NCBI GenBank assembly: GCA_013239625.1
Contig: MU054212.1
Location: 6,050,270-6,114,269, forward strand
Direction of reading: 5' to 3'
DNA: 64,000 nucleotides
From: Lama guanicoe
Taxonomy: Eukaryota
Under the pieces are notes generated by a model, which searched no databases, was not told the origin of the DNA, and saw only the letters and a list, made by a program, of their open reading frames with translations. The stretch's first letter is position 1, and each line of letters begins with the position of its first letter. Positions 28,250-41,221 of the stretch are shown here, piece by piece. Made by a program: the position numbers and the translations under genes.

Positions 28250-28450
28250 GGATTTGATATTAGCTCCACCATTTATTAGCTGCGTGCTCTTGGGCAAGTT
28301 AAACTCTTAAGTTTCAATCTCCTTGTTTGTAAAATGGGATAATAATAGTAACCACCATTTCACAGGTTTCTTGTAAAGATTAAGTAAGCATGTAAATTAC
28401 TTAAGCATAGTGGCAAATGCTGAGCACTAAATAAATGTTCATTATTATTA
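28250..28450 (+). mobile_element. MIR SINE
   Basis: Core TTGGGCAAGTTA..GTTTC..TGTAAAATGGGATAATAATAGTA.. Confidence 0.75.
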
Positions 28451-29301
28451 CTAGTGATGTGTTGTAAACACACCGCTATGACTACTACTACTTCTATTTC
28501 AATATTATAGGCGATAAAACTGCCTCGGTGTCTCTGTCTTCTAACTCATCCATTCTACACAGAAAAGTCATATTAAAATCTTCCTGAAAAATAACTTTTA
28601 TTATGTCGAGGCTCTACTCAAATACTCAGTAAGTCCCCATTTACTATTACATAAATCTTAACTACAGCTTAAAAATAATAATGAATGAGAATTCAAGCTC
28701 TCCTACACTGATTTCTCTCAAAACACCTTTCCACATACACAAATCTTCTAACCCACTCAGGGCTCTATTCCTTTTCACCAGTAATGCTATATCCAAAACT
28801 CTGTTCCATAGCAATTCCTGAAATGTCTTCATGGCTATCAAATCCCAACCACCCTTCTTTTCAGGTGGTGATTTCTAACTCCTATAGAGTTCCAACAGAA
28901 CGCCCTATGTGTACAGAAACACTTCTCATTTTCTTACTCAAACCATTCTTTAACTCTTTGTATTTGCCTATTTAACAAAGAATGTTCAAACTGCATAATA
29001 TCTGGCTTCAGTGTAGTTAGAGATGCCCCTTAAACACAAATCACTCAATCAAACATATAATCTCAACATTACATATAACAAATTCCGAGACACAAATCTA
29101 ACAAAATAGGAAAGGAAAGGAGAATGTAATAAAATACTAATTTTAAAAGATCACCTCATCTTGTCCATGACTATCTTAAATTGATTTGGGAGCTTGTTTA
29201 AGTTTAAAGCATAAAAAACAAAGAACCATTTATATCTAATAACAATATAAACGTCAAATGTACCTTGAAATGGGTAAAACATAAACATTCTAGTCACCTA
29301 C

Positions 29302-29402
29302 TTGCAGATATCCCTGTACGTCTGGATTGCTGTATCCATATAATGTGCAGGGTATGGCCTAGGTGCTCCTGGCTGAAGAAAAGCTGACACTGCTGCCATT
29401 TC
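29302..29402 (-). CDS. TRAPPC8: TRAPPC8 exon 10 (EMAAVSAFLQPGAPRPYPAHYMDTAIQTYRDICK)
   Basis: CTCTAG| acceptor, AA|GTAGGT donor, 101 nt. Confidence 0.95.
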
Positions 29403-32400
29403 CTAGAGGAAAAGAAATTGTTTATAATATTCTAAAAGGAGGATACTCTTACAGTACAGTATTCAGGAAGCCTACAAACAGGAATGAAGTTTGCTGAGTT
29501 TTTTTATGTATCCACATAAATTTAATAGCCTAATGCAGACTTAGAAAAATATACTTATATGCCAGTCATACAAGTATAAAATACTCCAGTCAAATTCCAA
29601 AGTCTGTCATTCAGTATTTAAATGAGATTTTTTTAAGAAGACCTAGTAAAAACTTTCAGTTACGTTATATAAAACTACCAAGTGAGCCCAGCTTAAGATT
29701 TCTACTACCACCTCCTCCTAATCCCCTATTCCTTAATGAGTAGAGAACAGACCAATGACAGAATACAGAGAGAGACAAAATAAAGTGCATCTCTTTCCAA
29801 TTTACTGGCTTTGAAATTTGAAATCAGGGCCCACAACAGCTTGCACTGTGTAACTTTTCAGCTATTTACACACTCTATAGTTTACATCCTATATCATACA
29901 GAAGGCACAAAGACCATTTCTGAGATCTACATTACTGTTAATTTTCTAGGACTTCTTAAAACTCATTTTAAAAACTCATTCCCTTGTTAATAATTCAAGT
30001 AATATACAATAGTGCTAAAGGATTCAGAAGTGAAGATAAAAGAAAGGTACTGGCTTTTGAGTAAAATATTCTATTATGTCCATACCTGTGGTCTCATATA
30101 GACCAAGTTTTAACAAAAATTTAACCGGAAATAAATAAAACTTTCATAAATTGGGGGGAAAAGTTGTTAATGCTACTCCACTTTTAGAACAAACAAACAT
30201 TTTTCTGCAACAGTTTTTCAAATAGAAAAAAATACAGAAATAATGTAATTATCTAAAGACAGATATGATTAAAGACTTTAACCTGACAAGTGAACTGTAT
30301 CTGTTTCACAATATCTCTATATCCTCAGCACCCAGCACAGTGTCAGCTCCAAAATTATTGAAGAAACTGAATGAAAATACATCATTTCTATGTGATGAAA
30401 TTTTCTACAGCTCTGAAATGTCATGCTTTAACTCGTTTATATTTTAACTAATATACATAATGAATATATATATGGTTCTATATTATACAAAAAACTAACA
30501 CATTGCATATATGGTATAATATTGTACAAAAAATACACTGCATATGAACTGCATATGCATATGCATATTTGCTGCATATGAACTATATATACATGTATAT
30601 ATATTCACATCAATAAAAGTGTACTAAAAAAAAGTCCTATAAAAAAAAGGTCCCAAATTCTAAGTTATTTTCTAATTTAATTCTGTAAGAAATATTAAAT
30701 CAATATATACACAAACTGACAATTGCTACAGATAAAATAAAAACATTCAGAATGATCATTCCAAGTTACTGCACAATCTTCAAATATTCAGCCATTAAAT
30801 CATTTCTTATAGTTGACAACAATGGATTAATACATTTTACAAAGGCTTTCATCAAGAACTGGAATGATTTACTTAATCTTCAGTTAGTTATGACAAATTA
30901 AACTACAAAAAAATCCACTATTTCCTAAAAATTCCCATTATTGGTTTTACTGTGATATATATTTTAACTTTATAGTTACTGTAACTTAACATCTATAATT
31001 TTCATCAAAAAAATCAGACAGTATAGTCTGTTATCAATTAGCTATTATGTGAATGGTAAATAGGAGAGTGATATCAGTACAAATAGAATTTTTACTCATT
31101 CATAAACAATTTTTCTTAGGCAAGGAGATCAAAACCAACAATTATACAATTATAACCTTCACTAGGAAGGGAAAAAGCTCTGAGCTTAGCTGTTGCACAA
31201 GCAGGAGCTTTTTTCATCTGTATTTTAAGACAATACAAAATAAATCCCCATATTTTGTTTGCACAGAGAGGAGCTGCGGGGCAGGGTATCTCTCCAGAGA
31301 CATGAGCTCCCAGCCCCCAGCCTTACACAGCTCTTGGTTTGAGGCTGGCTGCGCTCCTTACATGCTCACCTTCATGGCAACTCCGCTGGTTACAAGCTCC
31401 TCTTCCCCACCCCAGTGTTCACATATTGGTTTTGTGTACTTTTTTTTATTCCTTGAGTTAAGTCATGCTAAGCTGCTTCACACAACCAATTTATGTTCTG
31501 GTTACAAAGATACACAGGATTTAAGAGGACTGTCCCAGATCTATTTTTCCTTCAAGGCCTATTATTTTTAGGGCAGCTGTCACAGACTATGAAGATTTTC
31601 AGGTACACATAAACATGTTATAGCAGATATGCCTTGATTTTCCAGTGTTAAACAATTTTCTCTCATATAGCCGCTGCTAATATGTCTACATCTAAATGGT
31701 TTAAACGCAGTATTTACCAAACTGTAAATAGAAATGAAAAGCTTACACACCACAAAAATCATAGAAATTTTTTGCCATACTTTAAGATTTTTACCTACAA
31801 ACTTTCAATTTGCAACTACATCATGTACAATTTTATAATTATAAACTTATACCTGTGTTGTAAGGTATTAATGAAATAACATTTAAGTATTTGTGATTTC
31901 ATATTAGTTTATATTAGGCGACTATAATAAAAGATTAGAGAATGTCTAGCCAAAGACAATTCATACAATTTTTCAAACACTTCCATTCATAAAGATAGCA
32001 CATTTTCAGTTTATAAAGTTTTTTTAAAAGTTAGCTGACTTTTTTTTAATTAAAAATACTAAAAAATAAAAAGAAACAGTAGTATCATTTTGCTATTTCA
32101 GCTTTACAATTTTAAGTTACCTATTTCAGTTTTATACATAAATGGTATTAAAATAATGCAAAATGGCAGTTATTAAACAAGTATTTATATGACAATTACC
32201 AATGAAGTAGAGTTCTTTTTTATTTTTATTATTTACACTTGTTTATAGCATACATGTTTTTTTAAAAGACCATGTTGAAAGTAACAGTGCTAGTTTACTC
32301 TTTTCTAAGCACAGAAAGCAGATTACAAAATATTTATGGCAACTTTTCAAATATATTAAAAGGATATAAGGCAACAAGTATAGAAAACTCTGAAACACCT

Positions 32401-32439
32401 AGGTTTGATATCAATTACAAAAACTAACACTGCCTTATT

Positions 32440-32600
32440 ATATACAAGGTAGTGTGCTAAGTACTTTACATGCCTTATATCTTATCTAACCCTATGTCAC
32501 TAGGATTCACATTTTACAGATGAGAAAATTGAGGCTTAGAGATGTTCAGTAACTTACCTAAGAGGAAAGACTGTCTCACCAAAGTACATGTCCTTAACCA
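32440..32600 (-). mobile_element. MIR SINE
   Basis: GTGCTAAGTACTTTACATG..ATTTTACAGATGAGAAAATTGAGGCTTAGAGATGTTCAGTAACTTACCTAAG. Confidence 0.75.
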
Positions 32601-32960
32601 ATATATAGTCTTAGATCAAAGAAAACATTTCAAGCAATTTCAAAATCAGTTTTCAAGAGGCCAAAAAAAGCATCTTCTTTAAAAAAGTTTTTATCCTGTG
32701 ACTACTATAAAAAGTGTAATTCAAATTAAATTGGAAGTACTAAACAAATCTAAGAAACCAAGACTCATACACTGCCATGTTTGAACACACTAGTCTAAGA
32801 AAAATGAATCAAATTATCATAAATTAATTCAAAACCTATAAACATTGTACACTACCTGAGTAAAACTTTATCCCTGAGTATTTTGTCACTTCATAAAGAA
32901 AAATGTCTAAGTCGTTTATGGTAGCAGAAATAAGAAATACTACTATTACAGAATACCAAC

Positions 32961-33111
32961 CAAGGCACCAGCTGCATAAAGCATTGCTTGATCATTAAGA
33001 AAATCCTTCTTCGCAGTATGATAGCAACTGTAAGCCAAATCATAGTGCTGCACCAAAAAACATAAGTCAGCCATTTTCCTGATTTGAAGCTCTGGTGCTT
33101 CTGGAGGATAC
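32961..33111 (-). CDS. TRAPPC8: TRAPPC8 exon 9 (YPPEAPELQIRKMADLCFLVQHYDLAYSCYHTAKKDFLNDQAMLYAAGAL)
   Basis: TACAG| acceptor, TTG|GTTGGT donor, 151 nt. Confidence 0.95.
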
Positions 33112-33824
33112 CTGTAAATACAAAATAAGAAAAGTAATTTATAATTTATGACCTCTAAACCATTAAACATTAAAAAATGTCTAACAAGATGCCCCACTGT
33201 CCAGAATGTGAGAACAACTGACCCTGCTGTATAAGAATTCTGCCTCCAAGGACAGAGTGTCATTTTCCAAAGATAACTGGAAACAGTTATATCTGTATTT
33301 ATATAATTTATATCCCTGTACTAAGAACTTCTCAATAGTAGGCAAGCATCTTCCCCATAGTCAAATTATGAAGTAAATGATCAAATCCAAGTGTCTTAAC
33401 TTTATATACAGCAGGAAAAAAATGAAAATCCAAAATGAATTTTATTTTCCCTTAAAACAGGAGTTTATATTAAACCAAATTTCTAAATATATGCCATGTC
33501 TTAGAATCACTAGACCACACTATTTAATTGAAAGTTATTAATGAATTCCTAATCTAACTCCATCTTTTTACAAACAGGAAAGCAGACCCAAAATAAAGTG
33601 ACCTGCCTTGTTATCTTGTTTATTTTTAGATATCCAATTACTTATAGTTTTTTAAATTTAATATAATTTACTCATGATCACTATTCTTACCTACATGAAT
33701 TCTGCATCAGTACGAAACTAAGAAACTAAAGAGCCAGACAGACATTTCTTTGCAGAACATCATATAGTCAAATACTAATCAGAGTTAAATACAGGAAAAC
33801 TAAAAACAATAGTATTTTACTCAC

Positions 33825-33940
33825 AGCAATCCAGATGTATTTTTTAGTTCATTAATGCTCTTTTCTGGAACTTTACTGCCACTAAACCATTTTTTAGTTG
33901 CAGAAAATAGAGATCGACTCAAACCTTTTCTTGATATTAG
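33825..33940 (-). CDS. TRAPPC8: TRAPPC8 exon 8 (LISRKGLSRSLFSATKKWFSGSKVPEKSINELKNTSGLL)
   Basis: CCTTAG| acceptor, CT|GTGAGT donor, 116 nt. Confidence 0.95.
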
Positions 33941-34296
33941 CTAAGGAAAAAAAATTAAATATGTTGACAAACGTAAGAATTTCATATTTTTCTTTTACAT
34001 ACAAAAGAAAAACTTCTAAATAAGTAAAAAGTCTAAACAGTACACAAATGTGCATTTTAACAACACTGATTTAAAGAAAACTGTCCAAAATGCTGACAAA
34101 ATCCCTAGGGAACACAAATAAGCCTCTTCTAGGATTTAGTAGAACTGCATTACTGATAGCAGTATTAGTAAATCCTAGTAACAGTCTATTTTTAAAAGAA
34201 AAACTTAAATTCTTACACTTAAATAACTTACACTGCTCTATTCTCAAGTTTACCATCTACTGAAATTTTTTAAAATACTAATACAAAAATTCTTAC

Positions 34297-34553
34297 CTGA
34301 TCATTTAATTGCCGAATTGTTTTCTCTATATGTGGCAAAAGGCCCCGAAACGTGAACTCCTGTATAAACTGCCGAATTCTATCATGATCAGTAAGGGTTA
34401 AACATGCACCATGAATAATTCCAGTATTTGCTTTCTTTGTTTCGTGTAATGATGAAGCAGATTTTATGTGATCTGGGCCATCAATGCTGTTAGAAGAGTC
34501 ACCGGATGGGTCCAACTGAAGTGGGTGAGCTCTAAAGTTATTTGGTAAGCCAT
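34297..34553 (-). CDS. TRAPPC8: TRAPPC8 exon 7 (DGLPNNFRAHPLQLDPSGDSS...IEKTIRQLNDQ)
   Basis: CAGTAG| tandem acceptor, CAG|GTAAGA donor, 257 nt. Confidence 0.95.
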
Positions 34554-34997
34554 CTACTGAAAAACAGATCTTTCTTTTACTCTCAGAAAGCAAAAGAAAA
34601 TTGTGATATTACTACTATACTGCTAAAGAATGTTGGAACTCTTTAATTTTCTGTCTTAGAAGTCTAAGACAATAATATTAATGTTTTCCCCCTATAATTA
34701 CAAAGCTTGGGTTAATATTTGTTACAGATAATAGAAACTTGAAAATTCATGTAAATAAATAAAGAAAAATAATGTTAAAAAATAAAGAATTACTTTTAAA
34801 TAGCACAATTAACGAGTAAGAAAAACTATAACAAAACACCAAAGTCAAATAACTCAATAAAATCTTCAGAGGAAAAGCTAACCTGCCCTTTTTCATTATG
34901 CAAATTTCCCCCATCTTTCATGTATAAAGATTAGCATGCTTTGACAACAGTGCATATTTTCAATCAAAAGAGAAACTTAGAGAAAGTATATCAAGAC

Positions 34998-35091
34998 CTT
35001 TGACTTCGTTATCTAATCCATCCAATGAAAGCAAGTTACTATCAGAATTCTTATTTGAAGTTATAGTACAAGGGCCATCTTCATATGATTC
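34998..35091 (-). CDS. TRAPPC8: TRAPPC8 exon 6 (ESYEDGPCTITSNKNSDSNLLSLDGLDNEVK)
   Basis: AATAG| acceptor, weak donor AAG|GTCTTG, 94 nt, keeps frame with exon 7. Confidence 0.92.
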
Positions 35092-36394
35092 CTATTAAAA
35101 TAAAATAAAAAAGCATTAACAGTTACATTTAATCATATTTAAGATACCAACAAATCCATCAACAACCATGGTTACTAACTAGGCTTCATTTTTTTGCCAC
35201 AGCAACTCTTTCCTTCCAATCCTCCAAATCCTTAACTTCTTCCACGTATCATATTGTGTCACTCCAATCCACACCTACTATATACTTAAGTTCCCGTTCA
35301 CATTCAATCTACTATTCTAATTCTTCTGAATTCAAATTACTTCTATCTCAGTCTGCTTATATGTGATATGCACATGCCCATATAAATACCTGTATATGTT
35401 TCTACGTAAGGAATAATGGCAAGACAGATGGACTACTAGTCAAGCAGGAGTGAAAAAGAAGAATGGTACAGAATCTCCTGGATCACAGATGCAGTGTTGG
35501 AATGCATTCTGAATACACAGAAGTGTTTTGGAAAAATGAGCAATGCGACATTTACTTGTACAAAGGGCACTGATTCCTCAGCCAACAAAAAAATTTAAAC
35601 TAAAAGTACCCAGACTACTCTGAGACCACTAGTAATATGAGGTATTATTCTGAGTGCTACTCTTACAGAAAAATGTATCAAGTAGACCTTATTAAGAGGA
35701 AGGCGATCAGGACAAACAGTCTAAAAACAACATTTAAGAAAAAGTTTTAAAAAACAGTATAATTAGCCTAGAAAAATAAAAAAAAGGGACACGACAACTA
35801 TCTTCTGTACTTTGAATGTTGTCTTAATGGAAAACTGTACACAGGACTGAGTACAAGCAAAGACAGAAAAATGCTGGTTGATCCTCAAGCTGCTCAAACG
35901 TGGAACAGGTCACCTGAGAAGACAGCACTTTCACTAGATGAGGTCATTAACAGGTTTAAAGGAAATTAAAGCACTAGAACAGGGGTTGGATTTGACAGCC
36001 TTTAAACTATCCTTCAATTCTGGGCTTCTAGGATTCTAAGCTGCAGAAATTCTGATAGTTCTGTCTTCTGTTAAAAGTTCCCAAACTGGGCAATCTGACT
36101 TATTATGTTCCCCTTCGCAATCTTAGATGGCCAGATTCTAAACTGAATATTCCAATACTGTTCCTATTCTGAGTGTGGCTCTGAAACACCACTTAAAAAA
36201 ATAAAGCTCCTTCACATCCAACTGGTTCTTTTTCTCTCAGACACTTTCCCCCAGCATTATCTTGTTTTTTTAATCGACATATAATTGATTTCCCCAGCAT
36301 TATCTTAAAAAACGTTAATAATCACCTCAATATTAAAGTGAGTAAAATATTAGTATAGCACTGTATCTGAATTTAAAATCCCATATATAAGATA

Positions 36395-36510
36395 GAAAAA
36401 TAAAGCAAATAAAAATATAAATTAAATATATAATATATAAATATAAATTATAAATATATATAAATATACATAAATTAAAAATATAAATTAAACAATATTT
36501 ATATTAGAAC
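36395..36510. repeat. AT-rich low-complexity tract
   Basis: Degenerate ATATAAATTA units. Confidence 0.8.
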
Positions 36511-37343
36511 ATCAAAAATTACATAAAATTTATAATTCACACTTCTTACAATAATATCACATAAAGTACATAATGTAGTTTACTTATACAAAAAATACAT
36601 ATATATATTTTTTTCATCTACTTAAGAAATCCTCCTTCCAAACAAAAAGCAGTCAACTCTTGATTATCTGAACTAAGCATAGGAACCTGGCATATGGCTA
36701 CTACCAAATGACATAAAATTCCATCTTAAAAGTTGGACAGAGCGTGAAATCTTACACCCACACACGTCAGCCAACAGACGACAACAGTAGTCTAGAACTC
36801 TAGATTAGAAGAGTAGATTAGGAAGAAACAAAACTTCCTAGAAATTCAAAAGAAAAGGAAATCAGAGGAAAGTTAGGGAAAAAAGCCCACCCACCTAAAA
36901 GGTATGAGCTCCAAAAGGTGGCCATAAGAACAGCATGCTGAAAATGAAGGAAGGCAACCCCAGAGCATGTGGATAATAAAGAATTGACTGTAAGCATTCA
37001 TAATGAATTAAATGTACAAGCCAAAAATTCTATTCTCTACATGCCTAGCCAGTCTAGTTCAATTCTGATTGTGTAATTCAGTTTTCATCTTTTAAGAAAA
37101 AGATCATTTAACATTGATATGATACACCTGAAAGGAGTACACATAAGGGATTACTGCAGTTAGTTAAAAACAGCTTTTGAGAGCTCACATGCTGATGGAT
37201 CAAAAAGTAGCCAGACTCTACAAAATAACTATTAGCAATTCTACTGGTTAAACCAGACTGAAAAATTCTACAGTGAGACCATTATGTCATAAAACTGAAA
37301 CACAGCTTTTGTGGTTTGCTTCATTGTTGTTTTTTACATATAC

Positions 37344-37497
37344 CTGGTTTTGAATACTATTTTTCTGGAGATACTGACTCCAAGGATCTGGTATCTGTTC
37401 ATCTGAGGCTCGATTAGATGTTCGAGAATTAATTTTAAGTAAATAGCAACCCTGAGTTCCATATTTCTGTTTCATTTCTTCATAAATTGATTCAGCT
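37344..37497 (-). CDS. TRAPPC8: TRAPPC8 exon 5 (AESIYEEMKQKYGTQGCYLLKINSRTSN...QKNSIQNQ)
   Basis: TTTTAG| acceptor, CAG|GTATAT donor, 154 nt; overlaps ORF 37287..37529. Confidence 0.96.
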
Positions 37498-39500
37498 CTA
37501 AAATAAAAAATGGAGAAGTCTGTAGTCAACGGGGAGTAGACTTTAGGCAGTAATAGATATTAAAACAAAAACCATGAAAAACTTGTCCCCTCAAAAGACA
37601 AAACAGAAAGTTAGAGGTAGAATAATTTAAAATTAAAAAAAAAGATCATGATCCTAACTGAAATTTAACTAGCTTGGCTATTACTTGAAAGTACCGTTAT
37701 CAAAGTATGTTTCATGGAACAAAATTTTGCAAGATAGTCCTATGTTATTCAAAGAGAAAGTTCTGGTGGTGAAACCAGTTTGGGGAACTACAGTAAACAA
37801 AGCCAACCAGTTTCTTTGCAGCAGACCACCTCAGAGCCTTTCATTTGCTAATGTATACAGTGAATTTCTAAAGAGTAGCTTCTAATTTACAGATCAGAAA
37901 CTCTTTCAACTATGTGCACTAGTCTTCAGGAAATATGACTTTGGGAAATTCTGTCTTAGAGAACAGAAATTTATAAAAAAGAAGTTTAAATGATAAAACA
38001 GTACAGCACCCCACAAAAAAAAAATCATCTTTCACTGGTATAGTCTACCCTTCCCTCAACTGTCTCAACAAGCTCAAAGGAAGAAAAGTAGAAAGAAAAT
38101 GCAAAAAGAGCAGCCAAAGTATTTATTGCATAAAAATTCACCCTTTATTCTTGCAAAACTTAGCTGGTGGAAGATAAGATGATTCAAATGGTAAGTCAGC
38201 CTAAGAATCAAACAGTACATTCTGATGGAAAATAAAATTCTGGTACATAGAGCTAACAATTTAAATAGGTTTGTTTAAATCAATCAGCCATATGGCGCCA
38301 AAAAACACATAAATAATCCAAAGAAAATGTAAATAATCCCATATCATATTCAAATGCAGATGTTAATACTATACAAATTACAAGCCTAACAATTAAATTG
38401 TATTACACACTATAAAATTAAGGCTGGGTAAGTAAAATAGTTATAAATGTACATGAACGCAAATATAAGTATATGTGTATGTATATACACTCAAGTACAA
38501 TAAACTAAACATCTACTCAATTTACCAATAACACTGCTAAGCATAAGAACCACTGATCTAACACTTTAATTACCACTTAAATATCCTAATTACAACCATT
38601 CAATATGGAAGATATACACTATATTTAAACGACAGAAACTAATTTTAATAGTCAAATTATTTCTATTTATACAATACACTTTATCCAATAGGCTACAGAC
38701 TGTTTATGATGTCAAAAAATCCTAAAGATTAGCAACCACCAGAACAATTCTTTGGTCTTATAGAGGAAAACTTATTTTAAAAATGAAGGTTTGTACTCAG
38801 AACAAGGGCAAGAAATGATTATTTAACTGCATATCCTAAATAGCACTGAGATATCAGAATAAAGTTTGAAACAAAAGATTAATTTGATCCACACTTTGAA
38901 CCAAAAGTCAAAAATAAACTGCAAAGCCACAAAAGTAAAATTGCTTTTAATATTGTCTTATTTTTCAAGAACTTATCTTTAAAGATAAGTTATTCTCTTA
39001 TCCCAAAGATAAAAGGTCTATGGCACATCACTAATAACTAATATTCAAGGGAACATAAGAAGTGTTTGGGTGTTTTTGAGACTGTGAAAAACATCAAGGC
39101 TAAAAATACAAAGTGATGAGAGAGTGAAAAGTGAAAAAAGAAGTGCATATAAGCCAGAAAGTGAAAAGTTAAGAGGAAAACTGTGAAAGAGAAAAGAGAA
39201 AAAATGAGAAATAATACCAAATAAAGTAAGAAATAAAAAGTAAGACCTACAAGTATAAAATAAATATAGATTATAGTAATAGACACACATATTGAAAGAA
39301 AAATTTGGGTAAGCATATGAAATCTAACAAAAAATGATGTAGCTGTTGAATATAACTCCAAATAAGAGATACAGTTAAATGTCTTAGTAATAAATTTTTA
39401 CTTTCTTGGATGAAAAATATATCTAAAACTTAAGTCATGTCCAAATTAACGTTAACTCATTTAACAGGAAATAATATAAAATTAAAAAAATAAAGCTTAC

Positions 39501-39675
39501 CTCTGTTCATCTCCTGCACTTACATCATGTAAAAGTACGTAATATTTAAGTGTATTTGGTATAAACCACTTGGGGTAGGAATAGTCATTGTTGTGCTGAA
39601 TTCGATGCTGTTCTTGTGACAACTTTGAAAACTGTTCCACAGGCTCAGCTTCACTAGACGATGCTACCAACATAC
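39501..39675 (-). CDS. TRAPPC8: TRAPPC8 exon 4 (MLVASSSEAEPVEQFSKLSQEQHRIQHNNDYSYPKWFIPNTLKYYVLLHDVSAGDEQR)
   Basis: ACAAG| acceptor after U12-like branch site; AG|GTAAGC donor; 175 nt. Confidence 0.95.
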
Positions 39676-40487
39676 CTTGTAAACCATATTAAGGTAATTA
39701 TCACTTACCACTGAATAATAAATATTATCCTTTAAAAATAAACTTTAGGGAGATATTTTCTGATCTAAAAAAAAAAAAAATCTGATTTTACAGGTTTTCC
39801 TGAAAGTGCAAAGTAATTTCTTAGACATTTCTAAGTAATACAAGGTTCCAAATCTTAAAGATTTTTTTGTTGGTAGCTTTTTAGATCATTTACATATACA
39901 ATAAGGAAATCCATGAAAATGGACAATAAGAAAGTTGTGCAATTATCAACAAAAGGAACAATTCTCTTGAATCTTGCTCCCCTCCGTTCCACCTCATTGC
40001 AATTTCATACTCTATCCCATCTCAATTTTTCTCTGCAGCCTCATTAAGAAAACAAAAGCCTTAACTGTCAAAGGAGGTTAACAGCTATAAAAGGTTACTA
40101 AAAAATGAAAAACTTATTATTATGAGTTTTTTCATAAGCAACTAATTTTGAGGCAGTCAGCAAAAGCAGTAAACATTGACAGTTAACATTTTTTTTTCTT
40201 TCTAACATAGCTTAAAAAATGCTATGAAGCATGAAATATTCAAGTTGGGGGATAAAGAAAAATAAGCAAGCCCTTAGTATTCTTATTTTTTAATCAAAAA
40301 TTAGTTACACCAGTCTTGTATCTAGGATGCCATTTACCAAAAACAATAAAATTTGAAGCATCATCAATAAAAAATAATTTCTCTATTCTCTATATCCTCT
40401 CAACAATTTTGCCTTCATATAACTCTTTCTGAGCTTAATAACTTCAAACACAATTGATTTTTAGAGAACATAAAAGTCAAAGGATAC
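39676..40487 (-). other. TRAPPC8: U12-type (minor spliceosome) GT-AG intron 3 of TRAPPC8
   Basis: 5' site GTATCCTTT; branch-like TACCTTAAT at 39688-39696, about 12 nt from the AG; no pyrimidine tract. Confidence 0.9.
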
Positions 40488-40577
40488 ATGCTAAATAGTG
40501 GTTCAGAAATTCATGATCTGATGCTGGCATCGACTGAAGAAATGTCTCTCTGTAAGACTCAAACCATGGAGTAGTAG
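40488..40577 (-). CDS. TRAPPC8: TRAPPC8 exon 3 (ATTPWFESYRETFLQSMPASDHEFLNHYLAC)
   Basis: TTTTAG| acceptor; donor T|GTATCCTTT (U12 type); 90 nt. Confidence 0.95.
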
Positions 40578-40992
40578 CTAAAATTAACAATAAATAGAAG
40601 TTAAAAATCCTCAACAGAATCAGTTTACAACAGACGAAATTTCAAGTTCATGTTCCTAAAAGATGTGAAAAATAATTTCTAACAATAATCAAGCATTTTC
40701 TCACTTGTGCTTAAAGATACGTAATAAGCATTTTTCCCTGTTCTTTAAAATATATATGTGATGTATGTTGTATAAGCCAGACACACAAATATATTCATAA
40801 TTGCAGTATATATATTTGCAAAAATAAAACTGGCCTATTCGCAAACCTACACAATGATTCCACAACTTACTTACCTATTAATGCTTTCAATATAACCCAC
40901 ATGAATAACCAGACTTTAGAACTAAAGCTTTGTGCCCCTGCCACTAGTCATGTTGCCATAAGTAGCTCTTTTTCACAAAAAATATTTCAGAA

Positions 40993-41221
40993 TAGTGTTC
41001 TCAACCAAGACTGAATGTGACCCCCAGGAAACATTTGGCAATGTCTGGAAATACTAAGTTGTCACACCTAAGCATGGGGAGAAGGGTGCTACTGGCATTT
41101 AGGGAAAAAGGTCAGGAATCATGCAGAGCATCCTACACTGAACAGAACAAGACAGCCCCCGTCCCACAACAAAGAATTATTTGGCTCAAAATGTCAATAG
41201 TGGTGAGGTTGACAAACCCTC
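40993..41221 (+). mobile_element. MER20-like hAT element
   Basis: TAGTGTTCTCAACC..ACATTTGGCAATGTCTGGA..TGCTACTGGCAT..CACAACAAAGAATTAT..AAATGTCAATAGTG..GAGGTTGACAAACCCT. Confidence 0.8.

Noticed and set aside
30460..30605. Recurring TGCATATG/ATAT words
   Set aside because: Degenerate low-complexity repeat with no regular spacing; not CRISPR-like
31053..31571. 172-aa plus-strand ORF
   Set aside because: Antisense intronic, no recognisable domain, composition typical of noncoding DNA
39038..39361. Hydrophobic Phe/Leu-rich ORFs resembling membrane proteins
   Set aside because: Translation of a T-rich low-complexity strand
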